A stretch of DNA of 28,116 nt from positions 1 through 28,116 of the forward strand of contig JAYEJL010000005.1 of assembly GCA_034660555.1 (NCBI GenBank), written 5' to 3'. The DNA comes from Thermotogota bacterium (lineage in GTDB: Bacteria; Thermotogota; Thermotogae; Petrotogales; Kosmotogaceae). This document shows positions 1-8,785 of the stretch, one piece after another. Under the pieces are notes generated by a model. It was given only the letters and a program-made list of their open reading frames with translations. It searched no databases and had not been told where the DNA came from. The stretch's first letter is position 1. Every line of letters starts with the position of its first letter. The translations under genes and the position numbers were made by a program.

Positions 1-157
1 ACGGCCCGAATACTTGCTCACCACCCAATTGATGGTTTTGTCAATAGACTTCAGTACTTCGGTTTCCCTGCATACTGCTATTCGCGCTACAGGGTCTCTG
101 ACTTTTACCCTGATGGGACTTTCACCCGTTGGATACTCTTGCCTTACCTGGACGTAC
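1..157 (-). mobile_element. Group II intron, 5' portion (domain I), truncated by the window edge
   Basis: Minus strand reads GTACGTCCAGGTAAGGC...CAACGGGTGAAAGTCCCATCAGGGTAA...GGGTGGTGAGCAAGTATTCGGGCCGT. This has a GUGYG-like start (GTACG at 157, or GTGTG at 161) and the GGGTGAAAGTCCC hairpin typical of bacterial group II intron domain I. Any RT ORF would lie outside the window; class not determined. Confidence 0.8.
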
Positions 158-190
158 ACACGCCTCCCCGCTGCGCGCCACTCCCCTCAA
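158..190. repeat. Left part of a REP-like palindromic element split by the IS (right part at 1668-1683)
   Basis: Removing the IS and one CCTCAA copy gives ACACGCCTCCCCGCTGCGCGCCACTCCCCTCAAGGGGAGAAT with a perfect CTCCCC-TCAA-GGGGAG hairpin, similar to the copy at 9323-9365. Confidence 0.75.
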
Positions 191-1667
191 CTCATCATTA
201 CCCATAAGTCAGGAAGAGAAGATATCTGCATATTCCAGCACAATGAGTAATTTAATCAGGCCTTGCCAAATAGTTTTTACCCCTGGGAAGCCATCTCTTT
301 TCCTTCCAATGAACCCACCAACTCTTCCCAACATGTATACGATCTCGTTTATCGTTGGCGGTTTATCCGGTAATGGTTTGTTCCTGTTAGCCATTTTGTA
401 CAAAATCTTCCATTCTTTTTCATCTAAGAAGAACAAGGATCGCTTTTCACCGAATTCTCTTCCAAGGTATGTTAACCACAATAAGAACCATGCAACAATA
501 TTGTATATGGCTATTGCAACATCAAGTCTTTCTCTCTCCTTTAGCTGAAGACTTTCTACTTTGCATCCACTCTTAAGTGTGTAATGGAATCGTTCTACAA
601 TCCATCTTGTTCGGTATATTTTTATTACCCGAATTACATCTTCTAACTTTTCCAAATGCATTGAGGTAATAAGTAACCATTTCAGTGGTCTTTCCTTTTC
701 CTTTAGTTCAGGGACTTCTTCTTCATTAACAATTATTGCTGTGACTGTTGTCGTTTTTCCCTTCCAACGATATGTTCCAGCTATCTCAAATTGTTTGTAC
801 CTTATGCTCAGTATGGCTTTTCTTCCCTTTTGAAAGCTAGTGTTGGCAATATCTATCGTTATTCTTGCAGCTTCATCTTCTTTCTCAAGCGTTTCATACA
901 TCTTTTGTTTGGTTCCATAAATATATCTTTCACGACATGTCCGTACAACATAGTCACTGTTTGAAGGTCTATTTCTGAATAAGAGATCAGCCATATCTGA
1001 TTCTCTATCTCCTACTGTTATTACATGAACGTTATCTGGAATGATTCTTTCCGTTTCTTCCATGGCTTTTATCCATCTGTAACTCTCTTTTTCTTCAATA
1101 GGCCTGGAACTTCTCTTTTTAGTCTTCCCCAGGTCTTTTCTGTCCCTGATCCAGCTCTGTTGGGAAATTATTCCTAATGGTTTTCCTTTTTCTGTTACTG
1201 CTAATGTTGTATGCATTATTATCCCGGAAGCAGTTTTAACATCCAAATAGCCTAATCCATTGGTATTTTTATGATTCGTGAAGTTAAGTGATGTTGTATC
1301 TTGTACTGCTAATATGGTTTTATATTCTTTCAACCTTTCTACTGTCTTTTTTGTGTGTGACCCCAGTATCTCTTCTCTTGTTACTTTGGGATTGCTCAGG
1401 AATCTATATGTGGCCTTAGTTTCAGCCCAATATCCAAAACTCTCAGGTATACTTTTTTCACTATTTTTTGCGAATGCCTCCGAAATGTTCTTTAATCTTT
1501 TGTTCAACCTTTTGTCTCCAAAGTTACTACCTTCAAATTCATCACTTATTTTTATCATCTTATTCACACCTCAGACTATTTAAAATATGAAAGTAAATCC
1601 CTATTAATCAATGCTTTAATCTATCACATTATCCTATTTTTCTCCAATATTTGTGGGTAATGATGAG
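191..1667 (-). mobile_element. IS4-family (IS50/Tn5-like) insertion sequence, complete
   Basis: 19-bp terminal inverted repeats CTCATCATTACCCATAAGT (191-209) and CTCATCATTACCCACAAAT (reverse complement of 1649-1667), resembling Tn5 end sequences. Direct repeat CCTCAA at 185-190 and 1668-1673. Confidence 0.93.
209..1567 (-). CDS. IS4 family transposase (IS50/Tn5-like)
   Basis: N-terminal FGDKRLNKRL DNA-binding motif; DDE residues in QDTT and GDRESD; YREK motif YRTRWIVERFHYTLK; C-terminal GGFIGRKRDGFPGVKTIWQG dimerisation motif. Confidence 0.95.
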   Translation of the reverse strand: MNKMIKISDEFEGSNFGDKRLNKRLKNISEAFAKNSEKSIPESFGYWAETKATYRFLSNPKVTREEILGSHTKKTVERLKEYKTILAVQDTTSLNFTNHKNTNGLGYLDVKTASGIIMHTTLAVTEKGKPLGIISQQSWIRDRKDLGKTKKRSSRPIEEKESYRWIKAMEETERIIPDNVHVITVGDRESDMADLLFRNRPSNSDYVVRTCRERYIYGTKQKMYETLEKEDEAARITIDIANTSFQKGRKAILSIRYKQFEIAGTYRWKGKTTTVTAIIVNEEEVPELKEKERPLKWLLITSMHLEKLEDVIRVIKIYRTRWIVERFHYTLKSGCKVESLQLKERERLDVAIAIYNIVAWFLLWLTYLGREFGEKRSLFFLDEKEWKILYKMANRNKPLPDKPPTINEIVYMLGRVGGFIGRKRDGFPGVKTIWQGLIKLLIVLEYADIFSS

Positions 1668-1797
1668 CCTCAAGGGGAGAATTTTAAAACTGGAGCAGTA
1701 GACTTAAAACCGTTATAAGATAAAAACCCTATAAATAAAGCATCGTTTATGCTTTTAAAAGCATTCTTAATATTTCAGCGTGCTTTTCTATAAAAGT

Positions 1798-2664
1798 CTA
1801 ATGGATGAACTCAAAAGATTGGTTTATGAAGTGTGTCTCATTAGGCTCTAATGTGAAAACATTGTGTTCTGTGATTAAACGCAAGGCAGGAATCCCACCC
1901 ATTTCGAGTTGCCAATTTTTACCCCATAGTTGGGCAAATTTGGAGGTTTCTTTCTTCAGGTTCATTTTGAAACCTTTGTTGATTAATGTATTTATTATCC
2001 CTATGTATGTTGTTTGGTTTTGAAGTTCTTTGTAAGTGTATTCATCAAAGTCGTTGAGTGTTTCGTCTGCTAGCCAGGGATTATCTGATATGAGTTTTAG
2101 TGGCGCTTCCATGTTGAAGTTTATACATTCCCAGAGCATTACTTCTTTTGGCTTGGTTTCTACGTTTTTTATTATCATTCCTACTGTTATTTCTGGGTCA
2201 TTCTCTTTTATTGTAATTTTAATTGTGTTATGTAACCCTTCTACTTCGTTGAGTCCTTTCATTTCTATAGTAACGTCATTTTCATTATCTTCAATTGTGT
2301 AGTTCAATGGATAGGGCTGATTACTTCTATCATTCCAGGGAACAGACACGTACCCTCCACCAATTTCAAATATGTAATTTGATGTTACCTCATCCATAAA
2401 AGGCATGGGATAGTCTGCTTTATTATATAGCAAGCCAATTTCACTATTATCGCTGGAGAATATCTGCCAGAAAATTCTTCCCCTGTTTGGAAGGATTTCT
2501 ATCTTGAACAATCCGTTATCTATAATCAAAACATCAGGCTGTGAACGGGTTATATCGAGTTCATCTGCAACAAAAATTTCTCTCTTTTCTGTTGTTACCT
2601 GTATCCCAAAAATCGATAATGAAATTAAAATCACCAAAGAAATAAGCATTACCTTTCGTGTCAT
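1798..2664 (-). CDS. Exported protein, probable galactose mutarotase-like beta-sandwich fold
   Basis: ATG at 2664 follows an AGGAGG RBS; N-terminal signal peptide; IIDNGLFKIEILPNRGRI start resembles aldose-epimerase-like domains; last gene of the sugar operon. Confidence 0.6.
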   Translation of the reverse strand: MTRKVMLISLVILISLSIFGIQVTTEKREIFVADELDITRSQPDVLIIDNGLFKIEILPNRGRIFWQIFSSDNSEIGLLYNKADYPMPFMDEVTSNYIFEIGGGYVSVPWNDRSNQPYPLNYTIEDNENDVTIEMKGLNEVEGLHNTIKITIKENDPEITVGMIIKNVETKPKEVMLWECINFNMEAPLKLISDNPWLADETLNDFDEYTYKELQNQTTYIGIINTLINKGFKMNLKKETSKFAQLWGKNWQLEMGGIPALRLITEHNVFTLEPNETHFINQSFEFIH

Positions 2665-2676
2665 TATACACACCTC

Positions 2677-3507
2677 CTATTCTTTTAAAGCGCCCGCTGA
2701 TAACCCAGAAATAAAGTACTTCGATAGTGGCAGGAAAAAGATCAAAACAGGAACAACAATAAGTGTTGTGGCTGCAAGCAATGGCCCCCATTCAATGTAC
2801 TGGTCTGTCATATATGTTGCTAGCCCAAGTGGTACTGTTTTTTTTGCACCCTCTGTTATTATGAGCTGAGCAAGTGTATATTCACCCCACGTCGAGACAA
2901 ATACAAACATAAATGCTGTTACTATTCCTGATGCACACAAGGGCAGTGTTATTGAGTAAAACGCTCTCAAACCAGAAGCTCCATCTACTCGAGCAGCCTC
3001 TTCCAATTCAATAGGAACTGCTTCAAAGAAAGACCTTAAAAGCCATACTGCAAAGGGAGAATTAATAGCTGTGTATACAAGTATTAGTCCCGGTAAAGTA
3101 TCTACCAGTCTTATTCTTGCCAATAGATCATATATAGGTAGCAACAAAGGAATACCTGGTAGTACATAAACAACAAGAAGCATTTTACTGAAGGTTGCAC
3201 TTCCTTTAAATGGAAATCTTGCCAGACTGTAGGCACCTAAAACAGATATAAATATAGATATTATTCCCGTTGATATACCTACTATAATGCTGTTCATTAT
3301 GTTAGCCGGGAAATCCTTTGAAGGATTCCTTATTGAAAATAGAGAATGGTAATGTGCTGTTGTTGGATCCTTAGGAAATACTGAGGGATCCATGGTCATT
3401 ATTTCTTTGAAACTCTTAAATGATGAACTTATAATCCAGAAGAATGGGAAAATCATTATTGCAAGTACTACGAGCACGATAATTTTTCGCATGATTTCTT
3501 TTGTCAT
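2677..3507 (-). CDS. Carbohydrate ABC transporter permease (MalG-like)
   Basis: Multiple hydrophobic segments; EAA motif ELEEAARVDGAS. Confidence 0.95.
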   Translation of the reverse strand: MTKEIMRKIIVLVVLAIMIFPFFWIISSSFKSFKEIMTMDPSVFPKDPTTAHYHSLFSIRNPSKDFPANIMNSIIVGISTGIISIFISVLGAYSLARFPFKGSATFSKMLLVVYVLPGIPLLLPIYDLLARIRLVDTLPGLILVYTAINSPFAVWLLRSFFEAVPIELEEAARVDGASGLRAFYSITLPLCASGIVTAFMFVFVSTWGEYTLAQLIITEGAKKTVPLGLATYMTDQYIEWGPLLAATTLIVVPVLIFFLPLSKYFISGLSAGALKE

Positions 3508-4382
3508 GGTTGCTTCACCTCTGTATCACTTTTTGGTGAGAGCAGGGTAAAATATAGAACTCCCACACCAATTAAAATGAGTGTTGAGATAAAAGCTGCA
3601 GCTGATGATCTTCCCGCATCATACATTTTGAATGCCAGTTTATATATATAAGTTGGCAGGGTCATTGTGGCATTAGAGGGTCCTCCCTGTGTCGTTAACC
3701 ATATAAGGTCAAAGGTATTGAAACTCCACATAAATGCCAGAAGTCCTACAAACCATATTATTTTCCCTATTAATGGAAAAGTTATATAAATAAATTGTTT
3801 GAAGCTTCCCGCACCATCCACTTTTGCTGCATCATACAATGATTGCGGAACGGTAGACAATGCAGCGAGCATCAATATCGTCCCAAATGGTATAAAATGC
3901 CAGGAATTTATTAATACAAGAACATGAAAGGTGAGATTCAGTGAACCCATAAAATTAACTGGCTCGAATCCCATGTTGGTAATGAGATGATTTACAAATC
4001 CAATATTGGGTTCCAGTAGCCATCGCCAAACAATAGATATGACAACCATGGGTAAAACCCAGGGTATAAGTATGAGAGATTTTGTCACTCTATAAAATTT
4101 TGTCTGCTTGTTAAGTAATAACGCTATCAGAAGAGGAATAGTAAGTTGGATAAGAAGATTCTCCAGTGTCCAGATAAAACTTTTTCCAACTGCACCTACA
4201 AATACTTCATCGTTGAACAACTTTACATAGTTGCTTAAACCGATGAATTCCCCCTTACCAAAACCGAACTGTGTCTTAAGCAATGAATTGTAAATCATAT
4301 TTACTATGGGTAATATAGTTATGAGTGCTACAAGTGATAAAACTGGAGTCAATAATAAAAATCCTTTAAATCTTGACCGCAT
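3504..4382 (-). CDS. Carbohydrate ABC transporter permease (MalF-like)
   Basis: Transmembrane helices; LYDAAKVDGAG motif; C-terminal TQGGP motif; overlaps the next gene by 4 bp. Confidence 0.95.
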   Translation of the reverse strand: MRSRFKGFLLLTPVLSLVALITILPIVNMIYNSLLKTQFGFGKGEFIGLSNYVKLFNDEVFVGAVGKSFIWTLENLLIQLTIPLLIALLLNKQTKFYRVTKSLILIPWVLPMVVISIVWRWLLEPNIGFVNHLITNMGFEPVNFMGSLNLTFHVLVLINSWHFIPFGTILMLAALSTVPQSLYDAAKVDGAGSFKQFIYITFPLIGKIIWFVGLLAFMWSFNTFDLIWLTTQGGPSNATMTLPTYIYKLAFKMYDAGRSSAAAFISTLILIGVGVLYFTLLSPKSDTEVKQP

Positions 4383-4403
4383 GCTATCCTCCTAATAAAG
4401 GAT

Positions 4404-4426
4404 GGGAGAGGAGAGACTCCTCTCCC
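4404..4426. terminator. Intercistronic stem-loop after the binding-protein gene (mRNA stabiliser or partial terminator)
   Basis: Perfect 10-bp stem GGGAGAGGAG-AGA-CTCCTCTCCC between the binding-protein and permease genes. Confidence 0.7.
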
Positions 4427-4441
4427 GGTTAGTTAAATAAA

Positions 4442-5737
4442 TTACTCTTCGATAAATTCTCTCATTTTTTCCGTAGTTTCAGACACTGCTTTTTCAACAG
4501 TGTATTTGCCAGTAACAACGTTTTGAATCATTTCAGCCAACAGATTACCACCTGATATACCACCAATTGCAAGGTTAACTGCTGAGCCAGTTTCAAATCC
4601 ATAAAGTTTTCCGTAATTGATTTCGTTTACGATTACACGATTAAGGTGTTCAAACTGGCTTATTATTGGATCATTCCAGTATGCGTCAGATTCCTGTGCT
4701 TCAACTGTAATAGGAACAAATGAACCCGGTTCAGTCTGAGCTGTAAAGATAGCGTTGATTTCAGGTCTCATTATGAATCTTATAAATTTATATACTTCAT
4801 CAAGATGACCTTTTTCTCTTGCAGACTTGAATATGTGTATGTCGTTTGGATATGTTAGACTACCTCTTTGTCCATCTATTGGGAATGGCTGGGGAGCGCC
4901 ATCAAGATCGTAATTACCCATGTCGTAGAAACGTTTCTGCAATCCACCGAAATAGGGCATCATTGCAATTTTTCCAGCACTGAAGTTCATTTCAATTTCT
5001 CCCCATGCCCAGCCTGTTGCACCTGGAGGTGAGAATTTAAAGAGGTCTTTATAGAATTCTACAGCTCTAAGCGTTTCCGGTGAATCAAACGTGAGATTTC
5101 CATCTTCATCAAAGAGTTCTACCCCAACGTTTGCCATGACTGTGTAAACTTGCTCCTGTGTGCAAAGATTGTTTCCTGCAGTGAGACCAATACCATATAT
5201 CTTTTCTCCCTCTGCAGCTGATTTCAGTGTTATTTCCTGTGCAGCGAGAAGCAATTCATTCCAGTTCTTTGGTGGTTCCGATGTTCCAAGGTATTCTTCA
5301 AGTATGCTTGGTCTGTAAATCAATACCATGGGCATTGTCCATATAGGTATGCCCCAGTAATTACCATCGATCATGTATGGTTCTAGCTGTGAATCTACGA
5401 AGTCATATTTTTCGTCAATTTCATTTATGATGTTATCCAGAGGTATTATGGCGTCTGCCTGATAGGCTGTTATGGTTAGTTCTGGTAGCGAGAACTGGAA
5501 GTCTGGTGTTGTTCCAGCATCGATTGCTGCCAGTGTTTTTGTCCAGGCATCGCCCCAGGGGACCACCTGTTGAACCACTTTGATATCAGGATATTCCTGC
5601 TGGAAGAGTTCGACTGCTTTCTGGAATGCCGCGACTCTATGCGCGGGTGATTCGTGATGCCAGAATACAATTGTCGTTTGTGCCATAATGAATGTTGCCA
5701 ACAATAAAACAATACTTACAAACAGTACTTTTTTCAT
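4442..5737 (-). CDS. Sugar ABC transporter substrate-binding protein (family 1)
   Basis: Signal peptide without a lipobox Cys; TIVFWH...FQQEYPDIKV, GTTPDF and PPKNWNEL motifs. Confidence 0.93.
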   Translation of the reverse strand: MKKVLFVSIVLLLATFIMAQTTIVFWHHESPAHRVAAFQKAVELFQQEYPDIKVVQQVVPWGDAWTKTLAAIDAGTTPDFQFSLPELTITAYQADAIIPLDNIINEIDEKYDFVDSQLEPYMIDGNYWGIPIWTMPMVLIYRPSILEEYLGTSEPPKNWNELLLAAQEITLKSAAEGEKIYGIGLTAGNNLCTQEQVYTVMANVGVELFDEDGNLTFDSPETLRAVEFYKDLFKFSPPGATGWAWGEIEMNFSAGKIAMMPYFGGLQKRFYDMGNYDLDGAPQPFPIDGQRGSLTYPNDIHIFKSAREKGHLDEVYKFIRFIMRPEINAIFTAQTEPGSFVPITVEAQESDAYWNDPIISQFEHLNRVIVNEINYGKLYGFETGSAVNLAIGGISGGNLLAEMIQNVVTGKYTVEKAVSETTEKMREFIEE

Positions 5738-7183
5738 TTAAAAAACCTCCTTTTTTGAAAAAAGTTTATCTGTGATATTTTGGTAAAATGAAAAGCGTTC
5801 TTCTATGTCTTTGTTTTTATCCCCTCCTTTCAGTTTTTCACACTTTTTCAGTTTGATCATTTGTTTTTGCGCCTGAGTAATATCTCTATATTTTGTTATG
5901 CCTACTGCCCCCAGAATCGCTCCACCAATTATCGAAGATTCTTTTGTTTCTGGGACGTATATTTCTTCGTCGAAAAGGTTTTCAACTACTGTTTTTATGA
6001 ATGGAATTTTTGCTGCAAGTGATTGAGCTACGAGTTTTTCCCTTGATCCCAGTTCTTTCGTCATAACTTCATGGGATTCTTTTAAGGAAAATATGGGACC
6101 CTCAATAACAGCCCGGGAGTATTCATCTAGGCTATCATTTGAATCTATCCCGTTGAAACCACCCATGGGACGGTAATCCATATGGGGTGTTCCTGTTCCC
6201 TGGGTAAAGGGCATATATGTTAACGATGATTTATTGTTTGCTCTTTCCGCCTTTGATATTATCTCTTCTTTCGGAAGTTTGGTGAGTTCACTAAACCAAT
6301 CGAGGGAATAACCACCTGCAGGCACTGTTCCAAGATATAAATATTCTTCCGGGTTGACATATTCAAAGGCGAATATTCTATTTGACAGTGATTTAACAAG
6401 TTTTGAATCTGTAGTGAGTAATTGTCCTGCAGTTCCATAAACAAGAACAAAAGTTTCGTTGTTAACTCCATTCCCCAGTGAAGCGGTTATTAAGTCACCT
6501 GCTCCTGCAACAATCGGAGTACCTTTTTTAATGTTGGTTAGTTTCCTCCCCTCTTCTGAAACATCACCAACTAGTTGCTGACTCTTGTAAATACCGGGAA
6601 GAATTTCTACTGAAATATTTAGTTCCTTCATAAATTCTGTATCCCATTCTTTATTTTTCATATTAAACATTAATGTTCCCGAAGCATCTGTTACATCTGT
6701 TGCCAATTTCCCTGTGAGTTTGTAAACAACGAAATCTTTTGGTTGAAGCAATTTGTATGTCTTCTTATACTCATCTGGATACTCTTCTCTAAACCGAACT
6801 AATTTGCTTAAAGGAAATCCGGGAATAGGCGGATTAAAAAATCTCCGGGATATCTCCTTGGCGTAATTTTCCGTAAGCCATTCGCTGGTTTTTTGTGAAC
6901 GAATATCATTCCAGAGCCAGGCATTGATTAGTGGTTCACCGTTTTTGTCTATGGGGAGTAATGCATGCATATTTCCTGTTACTGAAACAATATCTATTTT
7001 TTTGTGATCTACTATTTTTTTTGTCAGTTTAGAAACACTATCCAACCACTTATTTGGATTTTGTTCTGTTGGATTTTCTTCTTTTCTTATATATTCACTT
7101 TCAAAATCAACTATTTCTCCATTTTCAGCAACTACTGCAACCTTAACCCTGGTAGTACCAACATCTATAACTAAAATATGCAT
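5738..7183 (-). CDS. FGGY-family carbohydrate kinase (xylulokinase-like)
   Basis: IDVGTTRVK phosphate-1 motif; WNDIRS; TDVTDASGT; GAGD. Confidence 0.92.
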   Translation of the reverse strand: MHILVIDVGTTRVKVAVVAENGEIVDFESEYIRKEENPTEQNPNKWLDSVSKLTKKIVDHKKIDIVSVTGNMHALLPIDKNGEPLINAWLWNDIRSQKTSEWLTENYAKEISRRFFNPPIPGFPLSKLVRFREEYPDEYKKTYKLLQPKDFVVYKLTGKLATDVTDASGTLMFNMKNKEWDTEFMKELNISVEILPGIYKSQQLVGDVSEEGRKLTNIKKGTPIVAGAGDLITASLGNGVNNETFVLVYGTAGQLLTTDSKLVKSLSNRIFAFEYVNPEEYLYLGTVPAGGYSLDWFSELTKLPKEEIISKAERANNKSSLTYMPFTQGTGTPHMDYRPMGGFNGIDSNDSLDEYSRAVIEGPIFSLKESHEVMTKELGSREKLVAQSLAAKIPFIKTVVENLFDEEIYVPETKESSIIGGAILGAVGITKYRDITQAQKQMIKLKKCEKLKGGDKNKDIEERFSFYQNITDKLFSKKEVF

Positions 7184-7197
7184 TAATTACTCCTCCA

Positions 7198-7938
7198 TTA
7201 TGGTAATAAATACATGTCTCTTACCCGTTCTTTATCAAAAAGTTCCTTGTTCATTTGCTCACCTTCAGGAATATTAGAACTCACAAGTATATCGGGTTGC
7301 TCTCCATTTTCTAAATATTTTTCCGCAACCCTCATAGAAATACTATGCAGAACAAAAGCTCCAGCATAGGTTGATACAGGACCCATAGTTACTCCATTTA
7401 CTGGAATAACACTATCTCCTTCAGGCACATGATTGTTTATTACAACATCAAAGATTTCATCGCTGAGCTTTTTGCCTGTACTGTGTTTACTATCAAATTT
7501 TTCGTAGTTCTTGGATGTTAATGTAATGACCTTTGCTCCACGTTTCTTACTCTCAAGAGCCACAGTTACTGGAACTGCATTCCTTCCAGACGTCGAAATA
7601 ACTATTATGCAGTCGCCCTCGTTTATTCGCGAAGATTCAACAATATCCTTACCATATTGTTCGTTTCTCTCAACATATGAAGTTAGACGTGGTTTTGTTG
7701 TGGTTACACTTAGTCCTGGAGCAAATATGGGTTCAAACAATGCAAGTGAGCCAGCCCTATAATAAACCTCTTCTGCGAGAATAGATGAGTGTGTACAACC
7801 AAAAATATAAACATGTTTATCGTTTCTGGCTGATTCATAAATCAATTGGGCAGCCTTTTCAATATTTCCTTTCTCATTTTGTTCAACTTCATCCAGGACA
7901 TTTTTTATTGATTCAAGGTATTTATTCTTAGTCTTCAT
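7198..7938 (-). CDS. SIS-domain sugar-phosphate isomerase-like protein (UPF0309-like)
   Basis: FGCTHS...AEEVYYRAG, ISTSGRN and NHVPEGD motifs. ATG at 7938 follows AAGGTGG and overlaps the GntR stop. Confidence 0.88.
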   Translation of the reverse strand: MKTKNKYLESIKNVLDEVEQNEKGNIEKAAQLIYESARNDKHVYIFGCTHSSILAEEVYYRAGSLALFEPIFAPGLSVTTTKPRLTSYVERNEQYGKDIVESSRINEGDCIIVISTSGRNAVPVTVALESKKRGAKVITLTSKNYEKFDSKHSTGKKLSDEIFDVVINNHVPEGDSVIPVNGVTMGPVSTYAGAFVLHSISMRVAEKYLENGEQPDILVSSNIPEGEQMNKELFDKERVRDMYLLP

Positions 7939-8680
7939 TTGTTCCACCTTCTTTATTTAGAGTGAATTTAAATATGTATTTGTCTCCTCTGTAGAAGGAT
8001 CTAACAAATTCAAGTGGGCGTTTATTTACATCGTAGGTTTTTCTTATGCGGGAAAGAACGCAGGTATTAACAGGTTGTTTGAGCAATTTAGAAACAAATT
8101 TAGACATTTTTTCTATCTTTAGCTCTTCTTCTCCATAATCTGGAGGGAAACCAAGACCTGTCATCTTTTGATATAATGATGTTTTGCCAGTGTAATCCAT
8201 GTTAAGCAATTTCTCTAATTCTTTGTCAATTGATGTATTTATAAATGCTTCTTGATAAGCAACAGGGACATTTTCCATATATCTTACTCTTGCAAGAAAG
8301 AATAACTCAAGATCTTCTTGTGTACCAAAGAATTTTCTTGCATCATCATCTGGCATAACAAATTTCTGTTCAACCACTTCACTGCTGTAGTTGTAACCAA
8401 GCTCTTTCATTTCCTGTGTGAAGCCTTTGAGAATGTTTGCATAGTAGATTGTTCTTGGAGGAGAAACAAAGGTACCCTTTCCTGCTTTTCTATAAATAAA
8501 TCCCCTTCTGGTAAGATTATTTAGTGCTGTTCTCATCGTTGTTCTACTGACAGAAAATTTATCCATTAATTGTTTTTCTGAAGGAAGTTTATCATTGGGT
8601 TCTAGTTTCTCAATCATTTTTTCTATATCTTTTTCAACAATATAATAAGAAGGAAGCTTTTTTCTGTCCTCTGAATACAT
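7928..8680 (-). CDS. GntR family (HutC/UTRA) transcriptional regulator
   Basis: LPSEKQL...FSVSRTTMRTAL...GKGTFV winged HTH plus a C-terminal UTRA domain (YRGDKY). ATG at 8680 follows GGAGG. Confidence 0.93.
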   Translation of the reverse strand: MYSEDRKKLPSYYIVEKDIEKMIEKLEPNDKLPSEKQLMDKFSVSRTTMRTALNNLTRRGFIYRKAGKGTFVSPPRTIYYANILKGFTQEMKELGYNYSSEVVEQKFVMPDDDARKFFGTQEDLELFFLARVRYMENVPVAYQEAFINTSIDKELEKLLNMDYTGKTSLYQKMTGLGFPPDYGEEELKIEKMSKFVSKLLKQPVNTCVLSRIRKTYDVNKRPLEFVRSFYRGDKYIFKFTLNKEGGTNED

Positions 8681-8785
8681 ACCATCCCTCCAATCATTAA
8701 ACAAACGTCATAACATTACTATATTACTATATTTGATTTCAGAAACAAAATACATCTTGTAAATCGTTGTACTTGTTTAATGACC

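Noticed and set aside
14..548. Plus-strand ORFs 14..250 and 129..548, and other short antisense ORFs in the track
   Set aside because: They are shadow frames overlapping the intron RNA, the transposase or other well-supported genes.
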